From: Bacteriovoracaceae bacterium
Lineage (GTDB): Bacteria; Bdellovibrionota; Bacteriovoracia; Bacteriovoracales; Bacteriovoracaceae
Direction of reading: 5' to 3'
DNA length: 64,000 bases
Assembly: GCA_965217035.1 (NCBI GenBank)
Contig: OZ244226.1
Coordinates: 372,001-436,000, forward strand
The notes under the pieces were generated by a model, which did not search any database, was not told the origin of the DNA, and worked only from the letters and a program-made list of their open reading frames with translations. The stretch's first letter is position 1. The number at the start of each line of letters is the position of its first letter. This document shows, in pieces, positions 29,535-39,061 of the stretch. The position numbers were made by a program, and so were the translations under genes.

Positions 29535-30257
29535 TCAAATTTTCATATTTGACTTAGTCTTGATTAGATTTCTTAAAATTATTCTAAAGAAAGAGGATTG
29601 CTTCTCAACTTGTTCTCTTATATGGCTCACTGGAACTAAGTAATATTCAAGATCTGTAAGAGCACTTACTTCGCAATTTACTTTTTCTCCTGTAAAAGCC
29701 TCTACATCCCCGAAACACTCCCCTTCCTTCAGTGATCTCACAGAAAAATCTTTATACTTTAATAACATAACTCCCTTTTTTAAAATAATAACTCCTGGGA
29801 AACTTTGCTCAGAGCTAAACAGAACGTCATTTGCTTTCGCATTTAATTTTTGAACCAATCCTTCATCAGCGTCTTCATTTGTTAGAGAAGAAATTTTATC
29901 TATTAAATCTTGTCTATTGAAAGGCTTACTCAAGAAGTGCACTCCCTCCTTTATACTGTCACTCAACTTATTCAAATAATAAGGATCAGACATCATAATC
30001 ATCTTTGTATCTTCATATTCTAAAGGTTTCTGTAATTTTATTTGAAAGAGTTCTTTCGCTAACTCTTCTCCATTGACTCTTGGAAGATTGAAGTCTGAAA
30101 TAACAACATCAAACTTTTCGTTTTTAAGTTTAAAAATAGCTTTGGGAACATTACTAGAAACTGAAACATCATACTCATTCTTTAAAAACTCTTTTACTAA
30201 ATCGAGTAAAATCGTGTCGTCATCTATCACAAGAACAGATTTCTTCTTGTTATCCAT
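29535..30257 (-). CDS. Response regulator: receiver + cNMP-binding-like domain
   Basis: VIDDD, ISDFNLP, SKPF; C-terminal GECFGD...VSALTD. Confidence 0.85.
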   Translation of the reverse strand: MDNKKKSVLVIDDDTILLDLVKEFLKNEYDVSVSSNVPKAIFKLKNEKFDVVISDFNLPRVNGEELAKELFQIKLQKPLEYEDTKMIMMSDPYYLNKLSDSIKEGVHFLSKPFNRQDLIDKISSLTNEDADEGLVQKLNAKANDVLFSSEQSFPGVIILKKGVMLLKYKDFSVRSLKEGECFGDVEAFTGEKVNCEVSALTDLEYYLVPVSHIREQVEKQSSFFRIILRNLIKTKSNMKI

Positions 30258-30442
30258 AGTTAACTTAACGGGAAATGAGAGTATTTTATAAGCTAATTCA
30301 TAGATGAAAACTATTCTTAATTAACTCCTGACAAAGAAGGGACTAAAAAGGAAGAAAGTTGTCTTTTCCAGTCTGCTTTTATAACTATGGATAGATAAGC
30401 TAGACGTCGATTTTACTTACAAAAATCAAGCCTTGCATCAAA

Positions 30443-30895
30443 TTAATGGTTTTCTTTTGGTAGAATTGAAATTTCAAACCAATAATCTTTCAATCGAGAC
30501 ATTGCTTCAACAAAACCAGAAAACTCAACAGGCTTTTGAATATAGCTATTAGCACCATCCTGGTAACAATCTTCAATATCTCTTTCATCTCCAGATGTTG
30601 TTAAAACAATTACTGGAATTTTTCTATTATCCGTTGAGCTCTTAATTTTTCTTAATACCTCACGTCCATCAAGACCTGGAAGATTGAGATCTAGAAATAT
30701 TAAGCCCGGTCTGGTGACTTCAGGATCATTCTCAAACTTTCCTTCCTTGTTTAGATAATCAATGGCATCATCTCCAGTCTTGACTCTAAAAATAGAGTTT
30801 TTAATACCTGCTTTTTTAAAGGCTCTCTTAACAGTAAGAAAATCTTCTTCACTGTCTTCTACAAAAAGAATTCTACTCGGATTGTGTGGCTTCAT
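30443..30895 (-). CDS. Single-domain response regulator, Rcp1-like
   Basis: VEDSEED, LDLNLPGLDG, LTTS, GANSYIQKPV, YWF. Confidence 0.9.
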   Translation of the reverse strand: MKPHNPSRILFVEDSEEDFLTVKRAFKKAGIKNSIFRVKTGDDAIDYLNKEGKFENDPEVTRPGLIFLDLNLPGLDGREVLRKIKSSTDNRKIPVIVLTTSGDERDIEDCYQDGANSYIQKPVEFSGFVEAMSRLKDYWFEISILPKENH

Positions 30896-33107
30896 CTGGA
30901 CTTTGCTCCCTAATTGTAAAGGTTATAATAGTACCTTCATCTATTATTGAACTCTCAACCCAAATTTGGCCACCATGACGTTCGACTGCTTTTTTGACGA
31001 GGGTTAGACCTAAGCCTGTCCCTCCTTCAAAGTCTTCCTTGGGGTGGAGTCGTTTAAAAATCGTAAAGATACGTTTCCAATGATCCGTTTTTATACCTAT
31101 TCCATTATCCTTTATCCAGAACTGATGCATAGAGTCTTCATTTTTTTTATGCCATATTTCGACTATTTTTCTTTCAGACAAATTATAACGAATTGAGTTT
31201 TGAATAAGATTTCCAAAAATCTTTTGAAGCTTAACATAATCACATGTTATCTGAGGCAGGCAACCATTTACTCTTATATCAATATTACCTTCCATAGGAT
31301 TGATATAGGTTTCTGTTATAGATTCAAGAAAGACGTTTAGATCTACTCTCTTAATCGACATCTCGCCTCTCCCAAGCCTAGAGTAGTAAAGCAGAGAATC
31401 TAAATAAATCTCAAGCCTCTCACCAAGTTTTTTTATAGTCTCTAAATAATTTAAACCTTCTTCATTTAATTTATCTGAGTAATCTTCAATCAAAAACTGA
31501 GAGAAATTACGCATCCCTCTTAGAGGCTCCCTAAGGTCATGAGAGGCAATATATGCAAATTCATCTAACTCTTCATTAGAACGCTTCAACTCGTTTTTCG
31601 CTAAAACCTTTTCATGAATATCCTGAATAGACCCAACCATTCTTTTTGGCCTTCCTTTTTTATCCCTTGAAACCTGACCAGAACCTCTAAACCACTTATA
31701 AGAACCACCTTTTATTTTAAGACGATATTCAAGATCAAAAGGTACATTCCTCTCGAAATGCTCTTGAACTAATGCAAAAGTTTTTTCTTTATCATCTGGA
31801 TGTAAAAGCTCAGCAAAGGTATTAAGATTAGCCTCAATTTCTCCTTCTTTATATCCAAGAAGCTCATAAAACCGAGGACTCCATATCTCTTTATCGGATT
31901 TAATATCCGGCCAGTCCCATATACCAACACTTGCACCTTCAGTGACTAAGCGATACCTTTCATTACTTATTCGAAGAGAGTTTTGCTGCTGTTTCTCTTT
32001 AGTTATATCAGTGTGCGTTCCAACCATTCGAACAGGCTCTCCCTCCTTATCCCATTCTACTACTTTGCCCTTACACACAACCCAAACTTCTGAACCATCT
32101 TTATGACGGTAACGAACTTCCTGATAGAAAGGATGTTCACCTTTTGTTTTAACATGAAGTTCAAAATTCTTTAATGCAATCTGAAGATCATCTTCATGGA
32201 TAAGTTTTTGCCACTCACTCGGATGATGTCTTTTTTCTTCCGGACTAAAACCAAAAATCTCCCAAAATCTCGGAGACATATACTCATAATCATCTTTAAG
32301 ATACCAATCCCAATAACCATCCATCGTTGAACTAACGATGAGATCAAGTAATTCATTTTTCTTTCTTTCATCCGTGATATCCTGAGCTAAACCAAAAAAT
32401 CCAATGAGTTTCTCACTTTCGTCTCTGAGGGGTGTTCCATCCCCTCGAATATACTTTAATTCATTATTAATTAGAGCTCTAAAAGTTATAGTGTAGGATT
32501 CACCATTTTTTAAACTTTCCTCTAATGTTTTATAAAATTTCTCTTGATCTTCAGGATGTATCCATTTTGCATGATCCTCAATACTAGGAGGTTCAGTGGA
32601 GGGACTTAGTCCCCATAAATCATATAAACCTCGAGACCAAGAGATTCTTTCTGGATTTAATAACCACTCCCAGTGGCCTATTTTCGCGAGAGATTCAGTT
32701 TTCGCAAGTCTTCTTTCCATACTTTCAGAAGTACTTTCAGTCTCTTTATCTAATAGTAAATAGTTCTTAAAAGAATCAACGACACTTAAAGCACAAAACT
32801 TTTCATCATTGTCTTTAATAATACTTGTATGCATTCTCATTTTAGACTTACGACCATTCTTCTTGGTAAAAATAAGATCAACTTCCTTATTGCTTATTTG
32901 TAAATCAGCACTATTAAAAATATCTCGAATGTATTTTTTGTCTTCTGCTCGAGAAAGTAATTTATCAGTTTCAATACCTTTGATTTCATTTTTCATAAAT
33001 CCAAGAGTCTCTAATATTGCTTTATTAGACTCAACGACAATACCTTTACAATCTATGAGTAAGAAACCATGTGGCAAGGTATCAATAACTTTAAATATGA
33101 CATTCAT
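30873..33107 (-). CDS. Cytoplasmic multi-PAS histidine kinase
   Basis: PAS/PAC repeats (HPED, HEDD, HPDD), SNEELDEFAYIASHDLREPLR, DNGIG, GTGLGL. Confidence 0.92.
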   Translation of the reverse strand: MNVIFKVIDTLPHGFLLIDCKGIVVESNKAILETLGFMKNEIKGIETDKLLSRAEDKKYIRDIFNSADLQISNKEVDLIFTKKNGRKSKMRMHTSIIKDNDEKFCALSVVDSFKNYLLLDKETESTSESMERRLAKTESLAKIGHWEWLLNPERISWSRGLYDLWGLSPSTEPPSIEDHAKWIHPEDQEKFYKTLEESLKNGESYTITFRALINNELKYIRGDGTPLRDESEKLIGFFGLAQDITDERKKNELLDLIVSSTMDGYWDWYLKDDYEYMSPRFWEIFGFSPEEKRHHPSEWQKLIHEDDLQIALKNFELHVKTKGEHPFYQEVRYRHKDGSEVWVVCKGKVVEWDKEGEPVRMVGTHTDITKEKQQQNSLRISNERYRLVTEGASVGIWDWPDIKSDKEIWSPRFYELLGYKEGEIEANLNTFAELLHPDDKEKTFALVQEHFERNVPFDLEYRLKIKGGSYKWFRGSGQVSRDKKGRPKRMVGSIQDIHEKVLAKNELKRSNEELDEFAYIASHDLREPLRGMRNFSQFLIEDYSDKLNEEGLNYLETIKKLGERLEIYLDSLLYYSRLGRGEMSIKRVDLNVFLESITETYINPMEGNIDIRVNGCLPQITCDYVKLQKIFGNLIQNSIRYNLSERKIVEIWHKKNEDSMHQFWIKDNGIGIKTDHWKRIFTIFKRLHPKEDFEGGTGLGLTLVKKAVERHGGQIWVESSIIDEGTIITFTIREQSPDEATQSE

Positions 33108-33526
33108 ATAGTTTTCACTTCAAAAATTTTGATTAGTTTCATTGAGTCTATTATTATTACAATAATATCTGAGAACGAGAAAGGTTTTGATATAAGAGTT
33201 ATAGCCCCAAGATCTTTCGCTGCTTCTAGAGTCAAATCAGTAAATCCACTCATAACAATTTTAGGAACTGATTTTAAATTTTCTATTTTTCTCATTTGGT
33301 CAAGTAAATCAACTCCATTTCCTCCAGGCATTCTCACATCTGTGATAACCAAATCACAAGATATTTCCTTTAGAAGATTTAATGCAACAACTCCATCCTC
33401 AGCTTCATAAACTTTAGCACCATACTCTTCTAGTTGAAACCTAATGACTTGTCGTATCTGTTCTTCATCATCTGCGATTAAGATTTTTTTATCAGAAAAA
33501 AAATATGAAAAATCTTCAAGCGACAT
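33104..33526 (-). CDS. Single-domain response regulator
   Basis: ADDE, TDVRMP, MSG, SKPF. Confidence 0.88.
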   Translation of the reverse strand: MSLEDFSYFFSDKKILIADDEEQIRQVIRFQLEEYGAKVYEAEDGVVALNLLKEISCDLVITDVRMPGGNGVDLLDQMRKIENLKSVPKIVMSGFTDLTLEAAKDLGAITLISKPFSFSDIIVIIIDSMKLIKIFEVKTI

Positions 33527-34661
33527 TTTTAAAAGCCTTGTTAATTGGCAAAATTATTTTGAACGTCGTATTATTTTTAGATTCTAGAAGCTCTATTTTT
33601 CCACCGTGAGACTCAATAATCGCTTTTGAGATACTTAAACCTAACCCAGTGCCCATATCTTTTTCTTTAGTAGTAAAAAAAGGAGTAAATAACTTATTTT
33701 TCACCTTAATATCTTTAATAGATCCACTATCAACTATATATAAATTCAAAAAATCTGAATCATAACTAATCTGAGAGTATAACTTAATCCATTTTTCGTT
33801 TTTATTTCTTATTGCATCATGAGCATTATTAAGTAGATTCAAGATAACTTGCGATATTTGCACATCCTTACAGAGAATTTCAACATCTGGGATATCACCA
33901 ACTTCCAGTTTTATTTCTGACATCTTGAACTTCTCTCGGCACAAACCAAGTGTCTCATCAATAATATCTATAAGCTTTGTATCAGTAAAAGGATCGTCTT
34001 TATCATCTCTAGAATGACTTCTAAGTCCTTTTACAATTCTTGCAATTCTCTTGGTTGTATTTGAGATGATTCCAACAGATGATTCTAATTTTGATAAATC
34101 AATATTGTTATTTTTAAGATTCATATTGATGAGATCAAGATGACCAATTATTATTGTAAGAGGATTATTAATTTCGTGAGCAATTCCTCCAGCCATTTCG
34201 CCAAGAGTGGCCATCTTCAAAGAACGGGCTTGTTGAAAACGCATTTCCTCCATTTTTTTCTCCATAAGAAATCTTTCTATTGAGAATAAAATTGTTTTCT
34301 TCAATATTGTCGCCTTTAAATCTTCTTTCGATAAAAAATCCTGAACTCCATGTTGAATAGAGCTTATTCCAATTTCATCTTCTTTCGATCCAGTTAAAAC
34401 AACAATTGGTAAGTCATAGACTTCTCGAATATTATCAATACTACTAAGACCTTCAGAGTCAGGAAGAGAAAGATCTAAGAACAATAAATCATAATTATAG
34501 TTCTGTAATTCAGCAAGGCCCTCTTTCAAATTAGTACATTCTTTTATCTCGACAATCAAACCATTTAAGGATTGACCCATTTTGGAAATTTCTCTTTTGA
34601 GATTTACAAGATCACTCGGATTATCTTCAATGACAAGTAATTTATAAGGACTCTTTTTCAT
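33516..34661 (-). CDS. Receiver-histidine kinase hybrid
   Basis: N-terminal REC (LDLSLPD), AHEINNPL, GTGLGL. Confidence 0.9.
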   Translation of the reverse strand: MKKSPYKLLVIEDNPSDLVNLKREISKMGQSLNGLIVEIKECTNLKEGLAELQNYNYDLLFLDLSLPDSEGLSSIDNIREVYDLPIVVLTGSKEDEIGISSIQHGVQDFLSKEDLKATILKKTILFSIERFLMEKKMEEMRFQQARSLKMATLGEMAGGIAHEINNPLTIIIGHLDLINMNLKNNNIDLSKLESSVGIISNTTKRIARIVKGLRSHSRDDKDDPFTDTKLIDIIDETLGLCREKFKMSEIKLEVGDIPDVEILCKDVQISQVILNLLNNAHDAIRNKNEKWIKLYSQISYDSDFLNLYIVDSGSIKDIKVKNKLFTPFFTTKEKDMGTGLGLSISKAIIESHGGKIELLESKNNTTFKIILPINKAFKNVA

Positions 34662-34662
34662 C

Positions 34663-35382
34663 TTAAGCAGCTCCTTTAAGATTTTTTTTTATTAAATTGT
34701 TAATCATAAGTTTCATAAAGATAGGTTGTTTCTTAATATATTCAGAGATATGCTTCGTAGGAATAAGATACAATTCTGAATCTTCTAAAGCTTCTGCAAG
34801 GTAGTTTGATTTTTCTCCAGTTAAAGCTTCAATATCACCGAAGCTCTCACCAGGTTTAATAATTTTTGATGATTCATCTAAGAATTGAATTAAAATTGAT
34901 CCCTTCAAAAGCATGAAAGAACCGACTGATAAATCTTCTTGCTTAATAAGAATAGTACCTTTTTTGACAAATATTCTTTTCGTATCTCTCTCGACATCAT
35001 GATTATTAATAATCAAATTAACTTTCTCTAACAAGTCTTCTCTACCAAAAGGCTTTGAAAGGCAGTAAATCTTTTCCTTCATAGATTTACTAAGTTTATC
35101 AAGAAAGAACTGATCAGAAATCATCATCAGTTTGGTATTTTTATATTCTTCAGGTTTTCTTTGTTTGATTTTTAAAAACTCTCGAGTAAAGTCTTCTCCA
35201 GTCATTTTAGGAAGATTAAAATAAGAAATAACAAGATCAAAAACTTCATTTCTGAATTTAAAAAGTCCCTCGGAACCATCTTGAGATGTTATAACTTTAT
35301 ATTCATCACACAGAAATTCTTTAATTAGATTAAGTAACTCTAAATCATCTTCAATAACGAGTAATGACTTTTTTCTTCTCAT
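34663..35382 (-). CDS. Pseudo-receiver + cNMP-binding-like protein (paralog of 29535 ORF)
   Basis: Collinear similarity to 29535 ORF; ISYFNLP instead of ISDFNLP. Confidence 0.85.
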   Translation of the reverse strand: MRRKKSLLVIEDDLELLNLIKEFLCDEYKVITSQDGSEGLFKFRNEVFDLVISYFNLPKMTGEDFTREFLKIKQRKPEEYKNTKLMMISDQFFLDKLSKSMKEKIYCLSKPFGREDLLEKVNLIINNHDVERDTKRIFVKKGTILIKQEDLSVGSFMLLKGSILIQFLDESSKIIKPGESFGDIEALTGEKSNYLAEALEDSELYLIPTKHISEYIKKQPIFMKLMINNLIKKNLKGAA

Positions 35383-35392
35383 CTTTATATTC

Positions 35393-35420
35393 TAATCGGA
35401 ATATAAAAAAAAGTCCTTGA
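35393..35420 (-). promoter_or_regulatory. Putative sigma28 promoter
   Basis: TCAAG-N15-TCCGATTA on minus strand just before the 35382 start. Confidence 0.5.
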
Positions 35421-35491
35421 TTGAAAAATATTCAAACCTGACTATCCTAGTCCACTGAAGGAGAGAAAGTCCCCCCTTATTCATACCTTAC

Positions 35492-35878
35492 TCATGCATA
35501 AGGTAAGAAAATACTTATAACTTTTAGCCCATCTATCTGGCCGACTTCGTTATGATAGAAGTTATCTTCATCAAGAGTACTGAGAAGATCTAATTTTTTA
35601 TGAATACACATTACATCTGAAAGTAGCTTAATCTGTAAAAAACTCTCTTTACAGTGAAGTGATAGATAAATATTATTTGCACCATGATTTTTTAGATTGT
35701 GGCATGATAAATTTAAAACTGAGTATATATCTGCTTCAGACCATTGTATTTTTTTCTCGAGTCGTAATCCTTGTTCAAAAACCTCACTGTGAAGCCCATG
35801 ACTGATCGACAATTTTAATGATAAATTTTTTAGCTTCTCTTTTAATTGCTCTATATTTATATCTAAATATTTGCTCAT
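35492..35878 (-). CDS. Hypothetical protein, possible degenerate HATPase_c
   Basis: NLKNHGANNIYLSL...LQIKLLSD and terminal ISIFLP resemble kinase ATPase strands; G boxes absent. Confidence 0.5.
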   Translation of the reverse strand: MSKYLDINIEQLKEKLKNLSLKLSISHGLHSEVFEQGLRLEKKIQWSEADIYSVLNLSCHNLKNHGANNIYLSLHCKESFLQIKLLSDVMCIHKKLDLLSTLDEDNFYHNEVGQIDGLKVISIFLPYA

Positions 35879-36468
35879 ATATCCGCTATAATACTTGACT
35901 TCAACGTAATGATTTTATCTACGGTCCTACAATCAATTATTTCAATTTCAGAACTTTCCCAAGAACAATCAACTTCTTTGATTTCAGTTTTACTTTCTAT
36001 TTTCAATTTTCCTGCTAATAGAATTTTAAAATAACTATTTGAAAAATTAATTTCTTTATTTTTTTGATATTCTTTCGAAAAAGCTACACCACTGTCATTT
36101 TTGTAAACCTGACAAAGATGAAGTAATAGCTCTTGACAATGATATGGTTTAGATAAAAAGAAAATTTTTTTAAACTTTGATAAATCACTAAAAAAGTCTT
36201 CAATAAAAGCTGAAGCGATCAAAATAGGAGTATCTTGATTTCTTTCACCTTCTTCTCGTAATAATTTGACAAATTCATTTCCCGAAAAATTAGGCATTTT
36301 AATATCCGATAAGATGACATCATAATCTTTTGAATTAGCCTTCTTTATTCCTTCTAATCCGTCTTTTGCTAAATCTAATTCAATTGACGTATAAACGCTT
36401 AAGAAATCCTTAACAAGACTTCTTATCCCCTCCTCATCTTCTAAAAACAAAACTCTGAAACTTTTCAT
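35875..36468 (-). CDS. Response regulator with eroded C-terminal domain
   Basis: LEDE, SDIKMP, ASA, SKPY. Confidence 0.82.
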   Translation of the reverse strand: MKSFRVLFLEDEEGIRSLVKDFLSVYTSIELDLAKDGLEGIKKANSKDYDVILSDIKMPNFSGNEFVKLLREEGERNQDTPILIASAFIEDFFSDLSKFKKIFFLSKPYHCQELLLHLCQVYKNDSGVAFSKEYQKNKEINFSNSYFKILLAGKLKIESKTEIKEVDCSWESSEIEIIDCRTVDKIITLKSSIIADI

Positions 36469-36568
36469 TCCTGACTATTCTCTCTGATTTTTGTTCTTTA
36501 GTAGATAGTGGAAAATCTTTCATAATTTGAAGTAAAAACAATAGGTCAATTACTTCCTAAAATGATTC

Positions 36569-36865
36569 TTAGATGAGAATAGCTTGAAAGCTGATATGTG
36601 TTGGCTTAAAACTCACTGGATGCTTCTGTATTTTTTGAATAGTTGCTATAATTGTTTTGCCATTTAAGAACAAGAGTACTTTTTTCTTTTTGCTCATCAA
36701 GGCCTTCATAATATCTGACTTTCTTGCGAGAATAGACTTCGTTTCACCATCAATATAGATTGCAGCAGGTATAAATGGCGGTTTTGCTTTGTCTGTTTGT
36801 ACCATTTGATAAGATTTTTCTAAAGGAAGTTTTGTCCTACAAAGAATTTTATTAAAAAATTTCAT
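36569..36865 (-). CDS. Short bL25-like protein (5S-binding domain only)
   Basis: FIPAAIY and IQKHPVSFKPTHISF match bL25 (IPAVIYG; QxHPVxxxxxHIDF); GGAG RBS. Confidence 0.72.
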   Translation of the reverse strand: MKFFNKILCRTKLPLEKSYQMVQTDKAKPPFIPAAIYIDGETKSILARKSDIMKALMSKKKKVLLFLNGKTIIATIQKIQKHPVSFKPTHISFQAILI

Positions 36866-36866
36866 A

Positions 36867-37256
36867 TTAAATCTCCTCCTTTAATTTATCTATTGAAAAT
36901 GGGAGTTTCGTTTTCTCATCAATAATACACTTTTCAAACTTTGCTTTGTCCCAATTTTTAGTATGACTCAAGTCAGCTCCTGAAAGATTTGCACCAGTGA
37001 AGTCTGCTCCGTTAAGATTAGCATACCTTAAATTAGCTTTACTCAAATTCGCACATGAAAACACTACATTTCTCAAAGAACAATCACTTAAGTTAGAAAA
37101 GTCTAATCTTGCTCCAAAAAGTTCCTGCCCGTCTAAACTTGCTCCTCTAAAGTTTACTCCTTTTAAATCGAGAGGATATAAATCACTGAAAAAAAAATTA
37201 AAAATTTTAACAAACTTATACCAACCTTTTGAAAAATTACTTAATAAATTAAACAC
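36867..37256 (-). CDS. Pentapeptide repeat protein
   Basis: A(N/D)L/F-x-x repeats; C-terminal DEKTKLPFS. Confidence 0.9.
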   Translation of the reverse strand: MFNLLSNFSKGWYKFVKIFNFFFSDLYPLDLKGVNFRGASLDGQELFGARLDFSNLSDCSLRNVVFSCANLSKANLRYANLNGADFTGANLSGADLSHTKNWDKAKFEKCIIDEKTKLPFSIDKLKEEI

Positions 37257-37266
37257 TTCTCACTCT

Positions 37267-37869
37267 CTATGATGCTACTTTTTTATTTGTTTTTTTACTT
37301 ATCTCTACTCGTTTCGGTAAAAATTTTTCAAATGATACAGAAGGAGGTCTACATACTGCGACAACCTCCGAATCGTCAGGCTTAATATCGACCTTGGCTT
37401 CATTCAAGTCTCTAATAGTGAGAACATCACCCACATCAAGATTCGAAATATTTGCTGATAAATAATTAGGAATTTGACTTAATTTTCCTTCAACCTCAGC
37501 ATCATCCATAATCTTAAGAATGATTCCTCCTTTATCGAGACCTTTTGGAAATCCTTGAAGCTTAATGGGAAGTTCAACCCGAATCTCTTCTTTGTTAGGT
37601 AATTCCTGTATTGTAAAATGAATAATTTCTCTTGTAACTGGATCTCTTTGAATTGAGGTGATTTTCCCAAGGATTTTCTCACCTAATAGATCAAGTCTAT
37701 ATATCTCTCCTTCTAATTTAAATCCTTTTTTAAAGTGATTGAGAGGAATTTTAACTGGAACAGATTTCATTAATCTTTTACCATGGATAATTCCTGGTAC
37801 CTTTCTCTTTCCCCTTATCGCCCAAGGTTTTTCACTCGGCTTTCGAACTTCAAGATCTAGATTGATCAT
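37267..37869 (-). CDS. rplY: Ribosomal protein bL25 / general stress protein Ctc paralog
   Basis: KVPGIIHG, IQRDPVTREIIHF, GLDKGG, LDVGDVLTIRDL; ATG 37869 after AAGGAG. Confidence 0.88.
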   Translation of the reverse strand: MINLDLEVRKPSEKPWAIRGKRKVPGIIHGKRLMKSVPVKIPLNHFKKGFKLEGEIYRLDLLGEKILGKITSIQRDPVTREIIHFTIQELPNKEEIRVELPIKLQGFPKGLDKGGIILKIMDDAEVEGKLSQIPNYLSANISNLDVGDVLTIRDLNEAKVDIKPDDSEVVAVCRPPSVSFEKFLPKRVEISKKTNKKVAS

Positions 37870-37934
37870 TTTTTCTCCTTTATTATATTTTATAAGATTA
37901 GTGAGATAAGTTATTTTTGATATCTTGGAATAAT

Positions 37935-37952
37935 TGTGTAGATTCCTGCACA
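37935..37952. promoter_or_regulatory. Palindrome TGTGTA-N6-TACACA, site 1
   Basis: TGTGTA gattcc TGCACA, ~65 bp upstream of the bL25 start. Confidence 0.65.
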
Positions 37953-37953
37953 A

Positions 37954-38637
37954 TTATTTTTTAAAGATCATTCCTAGTTTTTTAGCTTTTTTTTCTGAAA
38001 AAGGAAGCCTCGTCTCATGATTGTACTCTGCTCCAATAAGATCTGCAGATTCAATGTCGGTTTTTCTTAAATCAGTTCCTTTCAAGTTACTCCGTTTTAA
38101 ATTTGCATCCTTAAATGTACATCTTTTCATATCTGCTTGACTTAAATCAGCTTCTCTCATGTTAGAGTTATAAAAAGAACATCCTCTCGCTTGAGCATTT
38201 TGAAAACTTGCAAAGTCTAAGTCTGAATTCATAAAAGAAACATTTCTTAATATCGAATTCCTTAAGTTTGCCCCCCACATTTTTAAGTCTCTCATTTTAG
38301 TATTCAAAATCTGTGAAAATGCAAAACTAGCGTTCTTAAGATCTGCAAACTTGAAATTCGCCTTTCTGATGTGACTAGCAGTGAAATCAGCGCCTTTTAG
38401 ATTAGATCGAGTGAGTTTTGTGCGAACTAAACTTGTTTGAGTAAAATCTGAATTCTCAGCTTCTACAGCATCAAGATTTGAAGAGTCGAGATGAGATTTC
38501 GATAAATCTGCATCTTCTAGCTTCGCAAGTCTTAGATCTTTTTTTCTCAGATCTTTCTCTGAAAGATTTAATTCTTCCAGACTTTCTTGATTCTTAATCT
38601 TCTTTTTTAAAATTTTCTCGAATAAACCTTTTTTCAT
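37954..38637 (-). CDS. Pentapeptide repeat protein
   Basis: Long run of pentapeptide repeats; C-terminal NHETRLPFS. Confidence 0.92.
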   Translation of the reverse strand: MKKGLFEKILKKKIKNQESLEELNLSEKDLRKKDLRLAKLEDADLSKSHLDSSNLDAVEAENSDFTQTSLVRTKLTRSNLKGADFTASHIRKANFKFADLKNASFAFSQILNTKMRDLKMWGANLRNSILRNVSFMNSDLDFASFQNAQARGCSFYNSNMREADLSQADMKRCTFKDANLKRSNLKGTDLRKTDIESADLIGAEYNHETRLPFSEKKAKKLGMIFKK

Positions 38638-38645
38638 TATTTCTC

Positions 38646-38993
38646 CTATGACGCAATCGAATTGAGTTCATAGCGTTTGAACTTTCTCAATTCTTTTTGA
38701 TTGAATCGACTTTTATTAATCTTCTCCATGATCGATTGAATTGGCTGTCGAATTGTATCCACAAGATTTTCATGAGTTTTTTCTGCAAAATAACTCTTAC
38801 CTTGAAATTTAAGCTCCACCCTGCATTTGTATTCGGGAACTCCTGCTGAATTATCAGGGTTTGTTTTTTTTACCCATACTGAAAACATTTCTTCCTTTAT
38901 TAATCCAAGCTTTCTAGAAAACTTTTTTGTAAAAAACTTAGAGGCTTTATGGGCTTTCGAGTAATCAACATTTTTTGAACAGTATAAATTCAT
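38646..38993 (-). CDS. HPF/RaiA-like ribosome-associated protein
   Basis: YKCRVELKFQGKSYFAEKTHENLVDTI pattern matches the HPF fold; ATG 38993 after AAGGAG. Confidence 0.7.
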   Translation of the reverse strand: MNLYCSKNVDYSKAHKASKFFTKKFSRKLGLIKEEMFSVWVKKTNPDNSAGVPEYKCRVELKFQGKSYFAEKTHENLVDTIRQPIQSIMEKINKSRFNQKELRKFKRYELNSIAS

Positions 38994-39008
38994 AAGAACT
39001 CCTTTCTT

Positions 39009-39037
39009 AAAAAAGAGGGCCAAATGGGAGGCCCTCT
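39009..39037 (-). terminator. Rho-independent terminator
   Basis: AGAGGGCC-N8-GGCCCTCT followed by TTTTT on minus strand. Confidence 0.75.
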
Positions 39038-39061
39038 AGTCGTGAGTAAATCTAGGGGGAA

